A DNA stretch of 64,000 nt from Acidiferrobacter sp. Its GTDB lineage: Bacteria; Pseudomonadota; Gammaproteobacteria; Acidiferrobacterales; Acidiferrobacteraceae. The notes beneath the pieces were generated by a model. It had not been told where the DNA came from. It saw only the letters and a program-made list of their open reading frames with translations, and did no database searches. The stretch is from positions 8,039 to 72,038 of the forward strand of contig DATKTV010000037.1 in assembly GCA_035530915.1 (NCBI GenBank). The letters are read 5' to 3'. The position numbers and the translations under genes are program-made. Below are positions 40,893 through 49,123 of this stretch, piece after piece (the first letter of the stretch is position 1; each line of letters starts with the position of its first letter).

Positions 40893-41428
40893 ACGACGAC
40901 AAAAGCCAACAGCGTCCTCAACCAACGACGCCTTACGTCGCGACTGGCCGCGTCACAAAAATCGACCCGCGCGTACTTACCATGACTCGCCGCACGCTCC
41001 GGGCTGCGGGACAGAAAGAGGCTGGGTGTCTGTGGTTGGGCGCAGTGGCGGCAAACGGCGAGGCGTCTGTCGAGGCCATTGTCGTCCCCAAACAAACGAA
41101 TCGAGCTAGGAACTTCTCTATTGCGGCGGGCGCGATGCGCGAAATCGCCACGCTGGCGCGCCCCCAAAAGTGGGTCCTAGTCGCGGCGGTCCATTCCCAT
41201 CCGGGTATTTCGGTGGAGCATTCGGAATACGATGACAAGATGGTGCCGAGCCGTCACGCCCTGTCGCTTGTGTTCGCCCACTACGGCGCGGAGCGGGGAG
41301 CATGGCCGAACGGGGTGGGCGTCCATGAGTTTGTTGATGACTATTGGCACCTACTGTCGCCAGAAGATGCCGCAAAGCGCGTGACCCTTGCGCATATCCC
41401 TAGACTTCAGCTGCTGGATTTACGATGA
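40889..41428 (+). CDS. bilC: JAB/JAMM (MPN+) metallopeptidase
   Basis: Start at MNDDKSQ (40889). EAGCLWLG Glu motif and a JAMM signature HSHPGISVEHSEYD (HxHx7Sx2D). Confidence 0.8.
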   Translation: MNDDKSQQRPQPTTPYVATGRVTKIDPRVLTMTRRTLRAAGQKEAGCLWLGAVAANGEASVEAIVVPKQTNRARNFSIAAGAMREIATLARPQKWVLVAAVHSHPGISVEHSEYDDKMVPSRHALSLVFAHYGAERGAWPNGVGVHEFVDDYWHLLSPEDAAKRVTLAHIPRLQLLDLR

Positions 41429-42990
41429 GCACGAATATCGATCTGCTAGGAGACCGGCACTTCCGAACCGACCCCCAAGGCGTTCTTCGGCCGAAACGCG
41501 ACGGGCGGTGCGGACGCGTTCTTTTGACTGTGGCCCCATTCCTTGCGGACACCCCGGCCGGGCAGCATCTGGCGTGGATGCTGACTAACCAACTAGCGCG
41601 CCAGTTCGGTGTGGTGACTAAAATTACGCTCCATATACCGGAAGCTGCACTGATCGAGAATACGGCGGCCTTTGGAGCCAAGACGTCTCTTCGCGACACC
41701 CTTGCCGAATGCGTCCGGCTCGTGGCGCGGGAGCATGTCGAGGTGCAGACAGGTCTCGGAAGCGCGGATCATTTTGAAGTTCATATCGCGGTGGGCGCCG
41801 CAAGAAATCTCGTCAGCGCCGAGCGCGCCTGGTGCCTCTATGCGGACGGGTGGCGCTGGTATGTCGGCAACGGCACCCATATCCCCACAAACCGACCGAC
41901 CAGCAACTTGAGTTTCGGACCCTACATGGCAGCGAGTTTCGCCGCCGGAGAGGCATTTAAGCACCTGCGGGGGATGCTGCCAAATAAAGGCGTCTTTATC
42001 ACCGAGTGCCTTGGGTCCGCCTGGACCATGAGCCTCGGGACCACATGGAATGATTTGATGGATGGTCCTGGGAACGAGGCCCTTCCTGCATTGCCGCACT
42101 TTTATTTTGCGGGCGCTGGCGCCGTGGCACAAGCCGCCGCCCTGACGTTGGGGAGCTCTCGGCTAAGAGGCTCTGCCACCGTGATTGACCACGACACGTT
42201 AGATCTTACGAACGGTAACCGCTATGTCCTCTCTCCGATGGATGACGATCAGTCACCAAAAGCGAACATTGTCAGCGCCTACCTGACGAAGCAAGGGCTC
42301 CTTGGCCGCCCTGCACCAGTTAAATGGAGCACATATGTCGGGGCGCAGGGCGGGATGACTGGGAGCGAATCCATACGGCGGCTTGAGCAGCGTTATCGCT
42401 TCCCCACCGTGCTGTCTTGCGTTGACAAAAATGGCCCCCGCCATGAAATCCAGTCCCTGCTTCCGGAAATAATCATTGGCGGCAGCACGGACGGCCTTGT
42501 TGCTAGGGTATCGACCTTCTATATGGCACATGACGCGGCTTGCCTGAAATGCTTCAACCCTATTGAGGACCGCAACGCCATTATTGAGAAAAAGCTCAGG
42601 CTATTAGTCACCATGACAGCTGACGAACGCGAGGCGTGGGTTGTCGAGCACAGTCTTCCAGTCGCTGATATTGCACGCCTTTTGGCGCCTAGCGTGTGCG
42701 GCCAGCTCAGCGAGAGCGATCTTCAGCGATTCGCCGAGGGGCCGCCGGAAATGTCAGTAGGTTTTGTTTCAGTGACCGCGGGCGTTTTGCTTTCGGCACA
42801 GCTAGTCCGCCTTGTCCAAAGAGGCGTTGATGATGCTACCCAAAACGGACATACCGTCATAACAACCTTTGCTCAGGCGAGCATGCGACACCTCAGGAGC
42901 GGCCCCGATGCTCAGTGCAACTGCGCGCCGGAGCTGCGCAGTCGATGGCACCGCTTGTGGGGAGCTCCTGAGCCATCGGCGGGATACTGA
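41425..42990 (+). CDS. bilD: E1-like ThiF/MoeB-family adenylating enzyme (two-domain size)
   Basis: 521 aa. FAGAGAVAQ nucleotide-binding loop near residue 230, VIDHDTLDLTNGNRY, CVDKNGPRHE, CLKCFNP. ATGA overlap with the JAB gene. Confidence 0.8.
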   Translation: MSTNIDLLGDRHFRTDPQGVLRPKRDGRCGRVLLTVAPFLADTPAGQHLAWMLTNQLARQFGVVTKITLHIPEAALIENTAAFGAKTSLRDTLAECVRLVAREHVEVQTGLGSADHFEVHIAVGAARNLVSAERAWCLYADGWRWYVGNGTHIPTNRPTSNLSFGPYMAASFAAGEAFKHLRGMLPNKGVFITECLGSAWTMSLGTTWNDLMDGPGNEALPALPHFYFAGAGAVAQAAALTLGSSRLRGSATVIDHDTLDLTNGNRYVLSPMDDDQSPKANIVSAYLTKQGLLGRPAPVKWSTYVGAQGGMTGSESIRRLEQRYRFPTVLSCVDKNGPRHEIQSLLPEIIIGGSTDGLVARVSTFYMAHDAACLKCFNPIEDRNAIIEKKLRLLVTMTADEREAWVVEHSLPVADIARLLAPSVCGQLSESDLQRFAEGPPEMSVGFVSVTAGVLLSAQLVRLVQRGVDDATQNGHTVITTFAQASMRHLRSGPDAQCNCAPELRSRWHRLWGAPEPSAGY

Positions 42991-43080
42991 ACAATCGCGC
43001 CAAGGGCAGCGTGGCAAATAGTGAGATCAGACAGGGTAACCGTGAGAAGGAGGTCGCCCTTTAAGTGCAGCGAGGCCAGC

Positions 43081-45750
43081 ATGCGAACGACAGCCGAAAT
43101 AGATATGCTTTGTGATCGCTTGAATATCCCGCCCAATGGGCGTGCCCTGATTGAACGTATCCGGAATTCACCACCCTCTCGCACGGTCCAGGGGGGACGC
43201 GGCAACGTCTGCGCGCGCTATCCGAGCCGCAAGATGGGGCACACCATTCAAGCCGAGAGCCATACGCTCGAACTGCCCGGCATTTACGATATGGAATATG
43301 ACAGCGATGTTCTTGAGTACTACGATCAGCCGCCCGTGATCAAGTTGCGCTACGTGACCCTCTCGGGTCGCAAGACTGGAGCGTTTCATACCCCGGACTT
43401 CCTCGTTATCAGCAACGCCCGGGTGGGGTGGGTTGAGTGGAAGCGCGAAGGCGAGCTAGCGATGCTGGCAGCCAAGCAGCCGGGTAGGTACCGTCAGGAT
43501 GCCGACGGTCAGTGGCGCTGCCCGCCTGGGGAGGAGTACGCCGCCTCCTTCGGCCTCCAGTATGCCCTCCGGACCGAACGATCCCTCAACCAGACGATCT
43601 ACCAAAACCTGGTCTTCTTGGAGGATTACTTTGCCAGAGAAGCACCCGAGCCGGACTCGACGCTTATTGAAGCGGTCCGGGCTAGGCTGCGCGCCCGGCC
43701 TGGCATGACGCTCGCCGACTTGCGACGAGAGGAGGGCGGGCTCACGCCCGACAAGATCTTTAGCCTTATCGCCCGCGGAACGGTCTACTGCGACCTAGGG
43801 GCCGTGCACTTGGGCGAGGCGAACCACGTGCGGCTTTTCCTCGACGAAACCACAGGCGCGGCCTTTCGGAGCGCTGCTGATAGCCGACGAGACGATGCTC
43901 AACTCCCGTTCACGCCTATCGTGCAGCGCCCCGGCCAGACGTTCCGCTGGGACGGTAATCTTTGGACCATTCTCAATGTCGGCGCGAGCAAGATATTTGT
44001 CGGAAGTACCGCCGGAGATCACATCGCCCTGGAGGAGGCGGTCTTCGCGAAGCTCATTACCGAAGGCGCGATTTGCGGGGTGGTTGGCGCCCCTTCGGCC
44101 TCGCACCCGATCAGCGACAAGATCTTAACCAAAGCGCGCCCCGAGGACCTCGCGCTCGCCAATAGCCGGTACGCATTGATCCGCCCCTTGCTCGAGGGCG
44201 GACAGCCCGCTCAAAGCGATGTGACGAGGCGCACACAGTACGCCTACCTGAAGCAGTGGCGCGCTGCGGAAGAAAGCCTGGGTTGTGGCTACCTTGGACT
44301 CTTGCCCGGCCATGCACGGAAGGGCAACCGCACGGCGCGACTGTCGGAGGAGTCCCTGAAATATCTTGACGAGACTATCGATAGTTACTACGAAACCATC
44401 CGCGCCACCTCGGTCTGGGTCGGCTATGGACGTTACCTCAACGTCTGTGAGGAACACGGCGTCATCGCAGCTAGTTATATGACGTTCACAAAGCATGTGG
44501 CGCGCCGACCGCTCGATAAACAGATTCGTCGACGCGAGGGACGGAAACGCGCCTACCCGCACGAGGAATTCTACTGGCGACTGGATAGCCATGTCCCTCG
44601 ACACGGCTCAAGGCCATTTGAAATAGCCCATATCGATCACACGGAAATTCAGCTGGAGATCGCTTCCTCCTGGACGCACAAGTCGTTAGGACGCGCGTGG
44701 CTGACTCTGATGGTCGATGCCTTCACTCGCATGGTGTTGGCCTTTGCTTTGTCCTTTGAGCCCCCAAGCTACCGGTCTTGCATGAGCGTCCTTCGCGACT
44801 GCGTGCGACGGCACGGCCGACTGCCCAAGACCATCGTAGTCGACCGTGGCGCAGAATTCGGCGGCGTGTATTTTCAAACATTGCTCGCCCGTTTTGAGAT
44901 TATTCAAAAAAGTCGGCCGCCCTCCATGCCGCGGTTTGGAAGCGTCGTCGAACGGCTGTTCGGCGCGACCCAATCCCAACTCATCGATAACCTCCTCGGC
45001 AACACCAAGATCACGCGCCACGTTCGCCAAATGGCGCCCGAAGTAGACCCAAAACGCCACGCCCTGTGGACACTGGAGAAATTTAACGCCCTTTTTGAGG
45101 CGTGGCTTACGGAGTTTTATGCGGTGACCCCTCATCCGGCGTTGGGTCAATCCCCCAAGGATGCCCTAGAACAGGGTCTGGCGGAAACGGGCTTACGCGA
45201 CTTTACGCGGATTGCCTATGACGACAATTTTCGCCTCTTGACGAGTCCCACGACACCCCGTGGCGTGGCACGCGTGCATCCGGCGCGCGGCATTAAGATC
45301 AATTACCTCTACTACTGGTCAACGGCCTTTCGCGACGCGCGTTTTGCTCGCGGGAAGGTGAATGTCCCCGTTCGTTACGATGCCTACGACGCCGGAGTCG
45401 CCTACGCATTGGTCGGTTCATGTTGGGTCACCTGTCGCTCGGAGCGCTATACCGAATTTCAAGGACGTACAGAGCGGGAAATCCAAATGGCTTCTGCAGA
45501 GCTTCGGCAGCAAAACACTGATCACGGTCGCCAGCGTACGGTAACGGCGCGGAAGCTGGGGGCATTCCTCATCTCAGCCGAGGTCGGAGAGCGATTGGCC
45601 TTGGAGCGAGAACGGGAATCCGAAACGCGGCACGTGCGGGAGCATTACGAGACGCCATTAAAGGCAGTGTCGACCGGAACTACGTCCAGCAAACCCGATG
45701 CTTCGCCAGCGGTGCGCAAGAAAAAACCGAAGCTACTGGAGACGTTTTGA
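43081..45750 (+). CDS. fused TnsA-like endonuclease / TnsB-like DDE transposase
   Basis: N-terminal AESHTLE...TPDFLV...VEWK (E, D, ExK, as in TnsA-type endonucleases). Then an rve-type DDE core: IAHIDHT, IVVDRGAEFGG, VVERLFG. Start uncertain: the listed ORF begins at a GTG at 43021 and the first ATG is at 43081. Confidence 0.8.
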   Translation: MRTTAEIDMLCDRLNIPPNGRALIERIRNSPPSRTVQGGRGNVCARYPSRKMGHTIQAESHTLELPGIYDMEYDSDVLEYYDQPPVIKLRYVTLSGRKTGAFHTPDFLVISNARVGWVEWKREGELAMLAAKQPGRYRQDADGQWRCPPGEEYAASFGLQYALRTERSLNQTIYQNLVFLEDYFAREAPEPDSTLIEAVRARLRARPGMTLADLRREEGGLTPDKIFSLIARGTVYCDLGAVHLGEANHVRLFLDETTGAAFRSAADSRRDDAQLPFTPIVQRPGQTFRWDGNLWTILNVGASKIFVGSTAGDHIALEEAVFAKLITEGAICGVVGAPSASHPISDKILTKARPEDLALANSRYALIRPLLEGGQPAQSDVTRRTQYAYLKQWRAAEESLGCGYLGLLPGHARKGNRTARLSEESLKYLDETIDSYYETIRATSVWVGYGRYLNVCEEHGVIAASYMTFTKHVARRPLDKQIRRREGRKRAYPHEEFYWRLDSHVPRHGSRPFEIAHIDHTEIQLEIASSWTHKSLGRAWLTLMVDAFTRMVLAFALSFEPPSYRSCMSVLRDCVRRHGRLPKTIVVDRGAEFGGVYFQTLLARFEIIQKSRPPSMPRFGSVVERLFGATQSQLIDNLLGNTKITRHVRQMAPEVDPKRHALWTLEKFNALFEAWLTEFYAVTPHPALGQSPKDALEQGLAETGLRDFTRIAYDDNFRLLTSPTTPRGVARVHPARGIKINYLYYWSTAFRDARFARGKVNVPVRYDAYDAGVAYALVGSCWVTCRSERYTEFQGRTEREIQMASAELRQQNTDHGRQRTVTARKLGAFLISAEVGERLALERERESETRHVREHYETPLKAVSTGTTSSKPDASPAVRKKKPKLLETF

Positions 45751-46907
45751 TGAGCCAAAAACCGCGCAAGGTCGACCACGAAGGCGATAGGTCGCTCATC
45801 GCCAGAGTGGGAGCCTTCCAGCGAATCACCGTCAAACACCGCAAACTCGAGGAGGCCCTTGAGAGTCTTTTGGCATACCTCTTCAACGAAGCTGAGGAGG
45901 GGATTATTTGCATCATCGGGCCCACCGGGGTCGGGAAGACCACCCTGCGTAAGCTCTGTATCACTGCTGTGCTAGCGCACGAGATCTCGGCGATGGACGA
46001 GGACCGCGGCTACATTCCGATCATGGAGGTCGAGGCCCGTGCGCCAGAGCGGGGCAACTTCGACTGGGCCACCTTCTACCGAGATAGTCTGGTCGCCTTA
46101 CAGGAACCCTTGGTAGACCGAAAGATCCTGACCAAAGAGGATAGCGCAAAGGTGAGGGCGGAGGGCAATGGTGCGCCTGGATTCCGTAGCCTCCTACAGT
46201 ATCGCATTGCTCTCGACAATGCCCTAAAGTTTCGGCACGTTAAGTATTTTTTGATTGACGAAGCGCAGACGCTTCTCAAGGTATCATCCGCCCGTTTGGC
46301 TGGCGACCAAATGGACACCATCAAGTCGCGGGCTTCGCTCACCGGCGTCCAGCACGCATTGATTGGCACCTATGAGCTGTTGAATACGGGAGACCTTAGC
46401 GCCCAGTTAAGTCGTCGGCGCCGCAACATTCACCTCCCTCGTTACGATTGCGACAACGCGGCCGACTTGGAAGAATTTATCAGCGTCATTCATACCTTCC
46501 AGTCACGCCTTCCGCTACCATGTAGCCGCGACCTTGTCGAGTCCGCCGACTTCCTTTATGCGAAAACGCTGGGCTGCGTCGGCATCTTGAAGACCTGGCT
46601 GAATGGGGTGGTCAGCACGGCCGCACAGCTGGGAGCTACCAAAATCACCATAAAAGATCTTGAGAGAAAAGCTTTGCCCAATCGAGATTTGATGACCATG
46701 CTGGCTGAAATCCGAGAAGGCGAGGACCAGTTTGCCGGACCCTCTGACACCACGCTGATGGCGGAATTGGGCCTCAAGAAGAGTCCGCACAGCAACGAGA
46801 ACGGCGCTGACGCGACGCAGGTAACAGACGCAGCAAAGACGCCCAGGCGTCGCCCTGGGCAGCGGCGGCCAACCCGAGACCCTATCGGAAGGAGCGCAAT
46901 TGCCTAA
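45747..46907 (+). CDS. TnsC/TniB-like AAA+ ATPase transposition regulator
   Basis: Walker A IIGPTGVGKTTL and Walker B FLIDEAQ. ATGA overlap with the transposase gene. Confidence 0.8.
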   Translation: MMSQKPRKVDHEGDRSLIARVGAFQRITVKHRKLEEALESLLAYLFNEAEEGIICIIGPTGVGKTTLRKLCITAVLAHEISAMDEDRGYIPIMEVEARAPERGNFDWATFYRDSLVALQEPLVDRKILTKEDSAKVRAEGNGAPGFRSLLQYRIALDNALKFRHVKYFLIDEAQTLLKVSSARLAGDQMDTIKSRASLTGVQHALIGTYELLNTGDLSAQLSRRRRNIHLPRYDCDNAADLEEFISVIHTFQSRLPLPCSRDLVESADFLYAKTLGCVGILKTWLNGVVSTAAQLGATKITIKDLERKALPNRDLMTMLAEIREGEDQFAGPSDTTLMAELGLKKSPHSNENGADATQVTDAAKTPRRRPGQRRPTRDPIGRSAIA

Positions 46908-48303
46908 TCGGCTGATTGAAATCATCAATGAAACAACCGGCGAATCTACGCAGCCGCCACCGCGCACGCCGTTTTACAGCCTTCCCCCGATAGGGGTTGG
47001 GACATGGGCCGTGGAAAGCACAACAGGATACATTGCTCGACTCGCCAAGAGTCACGGAATAATTGTTAGGGATCTAATTGCGGCGGCTTCGGGGGGAAAG
47101 CGTAGGCAAAATGGTGAATGGATTTTATTTTCCCAAAAACATGGCAGCGCGCTCCTAAACGGGGTTGGTCGGACTGCAAATGAGTGGGGGACGAGATTGA
47201 ATGCTCTTACCGGGCAGCCAATTATTCACAGAACAAGCCTTGGCCACTTGGAACATATATTTCGCAACGGCAAGGTTTTGAGGTATGACAGAGCATGGTG
47301 TTCCCAGTGTCTGGACGAGATGCGCCAACAAGGGCGCGTGTACGAGCGACTTATTTGGTCATTACGCCACGCGACGGTGTGCCCCAAGCATGGTGCATAC
47401 TTATCCGCCATGTGCCCGCATTGTGGTAATAAGGGAATGCGGCTTCTTAGTAATACACAGGTTCCGGGCTATTGCGTTTCCTGTAGCAACTGGCTTGGGG
47501 AGACCAAAAAGGCGAAAGGTGCCGAGCCGAAACGTTGGGGCTCGTGGATATCGTTACAAATGGGGCATTTAGTCGCAGCCGCATCGTCAGACCAGCGCGC
47601 CTGCACCGCAGCCAATGTGGTCGAAAACCTTCACGTTCTCGTTCGGATTATCTGCGAGGGACAACATATCATGATGAGGTTTGCGAAAGCGATCGACGCC
47701 CCTAAATCTACATGCTCCACATGGCTTAGTGGGAGAACACTCCCCACGCTGGACTATTGGTTACGAATAGCATGGGCATCGGGCTTGGATCTCGATCGGC
47801 TGCTCTTTTGTTCCCTGGCGGAAACGGACGAGTCTTTTCATTACGGGGAGCCGAGACACGACAAACCCTGGGAGCAACGTCCGACACGGCCCAATCGGGA
47901 CTGGGCATTGGCAGAGCGACGCCTTACGGAGATCTGCGCCTCTGGTAGGTTCGCCGAACAAAGTATGACACGAATCGCGGCCGATCTCGGAGTGGGCCGA
48001 GAAACGCTGAAGGCTCATTTCCCTTTGCTTTATGGGGAAATTTACGCACGAAGCACAGGTGAGCGCTCGGCTCAGGAATCGCAGCAAAAGGAGATGCGGA
48101 AAAAGCAGGTTCAGGATGCGGTAGTGGCGCTCCGTAATCGCGGACATGCACCTACTCGCCGGCAGGTGGCACAGGAACTTGGGGTAGCAGAAGTGAGTTT
48201 TCGTAGACTTGAATTTCAGGACGCTTGGCGGTCATGTGTAGGCACGGCCACACCTGAAACCCTGCCGGAGATCGACATGATGGGTCAGCGAAAATCTGAA
48301 TAA
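46900..48303 (+). CDS. tniQ: TniQ/TnsD-family target-selection protein
   Basis: N-terminal TniQ-type region (LPPIGVGTWAVESTTGYIARLAKSHG). Zinc-ribbon CSQCLDE...CPKHG...CPHCG...CVSC. 8-nt overlap with the upstream ATPase gene. Confidence 0.8.
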   Translation: MPNRLIEIINETTGESTQPPPRTPFYSLPPIGVGTWAVESTTGYIARLAKSHGIIVRDLIAAASGGKRRQNGEWILFSQKHGSALLNGVGRTANEWGTRLNALTGQPIIHRTSLGHLEHIFRNGKVLRYDRAWCSQCLDEMRQQGRVYERLIWSLRHATVCPKHGAYLSAMCPHCGNKGMRLLSNTQVPGYCVSCSNWLGETKKAKGAEPKRWGSWISLQMGHLVAAASSDQRACTAANVVENLHVLVRIICEGQHIMMRFAKAIDAPKSTCSTWLSGRTLPTLDYWLRIAWASGLDLDRLLFCSLAETDESFHYGEPRHDKPWEQRPTRPNRDWALAERRLTEICASGRFAEQSMTRIAADLGVGRETLKAHFPLLYGEIYARSTGERSAQESQQKEMRKKQVQDAVVALRNRGHAPTRRQVAQELGVAEVSFRRLEFQDAWRSCVGTATPETLPEIDMMGQRKSE

Positions 48304-48723
48304 TGTGCCACCCTTGATTATCCAATGCCTATCGGGTTGACGGTCAACGATTCCACGCCAGGGGATTTCTGGCCTAAAATGGAGCGCAGATTCCCTTCTG
48401 GGGCAGCAAGTTGACCACAGATGGTCCGCGCGCACGGCTTGGGCGTTAACCGGATAGGCGGGGAATGCAACCATGCTGCCGAGGCGGTACTCGGCTTCGG
48501 CCAGATATGTGGGTTTTCTGAATTCCGCCCCGAGATAGGCCAGAACAAACTTATTTGGTGCTTGTAACGCGGATGCGAAAAGGGGGCGCGACAGTTGAAA
48601 ATTTGCCCCAGGGCATAGTGACGAGGCTCTCCGAGATTTGAAGCCGCGCCGCCACCAATCGCTTAGCGTAGCGCCGCTTGACCACAAACCAGCGAGAGTC
48701 GCTGTGCGCTTCGGGAAGCTTTT

Positions 48724-48796
48724 AAACCATAAGTCTTCAGTAGGCCACTTTAAACCATAAGCCTTCATTTGCTGACGACTTATGGTTTAAATGACA
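48724..48796 (+). repeat. transposon right end: terminal inverted repeat plus two oppositely oriented internal sites
   Basis: AAACCATAAGTCTTC (48724..48738) and AAACCATAAGCCTTC (48752..48766) read in the same direction as the left-end sites. The terminal site GACTTATGGTTTAAATGACA (48777..48796) is inverted. AAACCATAAG (48752..48761) and CTTATGGTTT (48779..48788) form a perfect 10-bp inverted repeat with a 17-nt spacer. Confidence 0.8.
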
Positions 48797-48801
48797 CGCA
48801 C
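48797..48801. repeat. right copy of 5-bp flanking direct repeat CGCAC
   Basis: Immediately follows the terminal ...ATGACA. Identical to 30811..30815. Confidence 0.7.
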
Positions 48802-48825
48802 AGGGAAAGCTGTTGAGGAGCTTAT

Positions 48826-48901
<76 letters not shown>

Positions 48902-49123
48902 GAAGCGCGCATTAAAGCCGCTCAATCCCGCGGCGTCAAGGCTCACAAGCTTACACGCTTGCCGGGTTGGCGTCTCCTGGGCTATTTGTGCGGAAAAACG
49001 ACCCCATCATATTCGTTCTGGACCGCTATGCGTGGGGCGATTTACGGGGACCAGCAAAGCGCTGGGGCCCGCCGTCTTGTTGGCCGGCCGACAAGGGGGC
49101 ACAAATTGCCGTATCATGGCACC

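Larger units (their letters stand above)
30816..48796 (+). mobile_element. Tn7-like transposon carrying defence-type cargo, inserted downstream of tRNA-Phe
   Basis: Termini are 5'-TGTCATTGCGACCATAAGTC (30816..30835) and GACTTATGGTTTAAATGACA-3' (48777..48796), inverted with 17/20 identical. Repeated (A/C)CCATAAGTCTTC sites occur at both ends. Identical CGCAC flanks. Internal tnsA::tnsB-tnsC/tniB-tniQ operon. Interior composition differs visibly from the flanks. Confidence 0.85.

Noticed and set aside
48304-48723. CRISPR array or guide RNA between tniQ and the right end, as in CRISPR-associated Tn7-like transposons
   Set aside because: No direct repeats of CRISPR size or spacing are visible, and no cas gene exists anywhere in the element. 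The only symmetry is a short GTTGAC-G-GTCAAC palindrome just after the tniQ stop.
48232-48768. Listed 178-aa minus-strand ORF spanning the tniQ 3' end and the transposon end repeats
   Set aside because: It starts inside the terminal repeat block, overlaps tniQ by 72 nt and has no motif. Probably a chance ORF, though a small real gene in 48304..48700 cannot be excluded without homology data.
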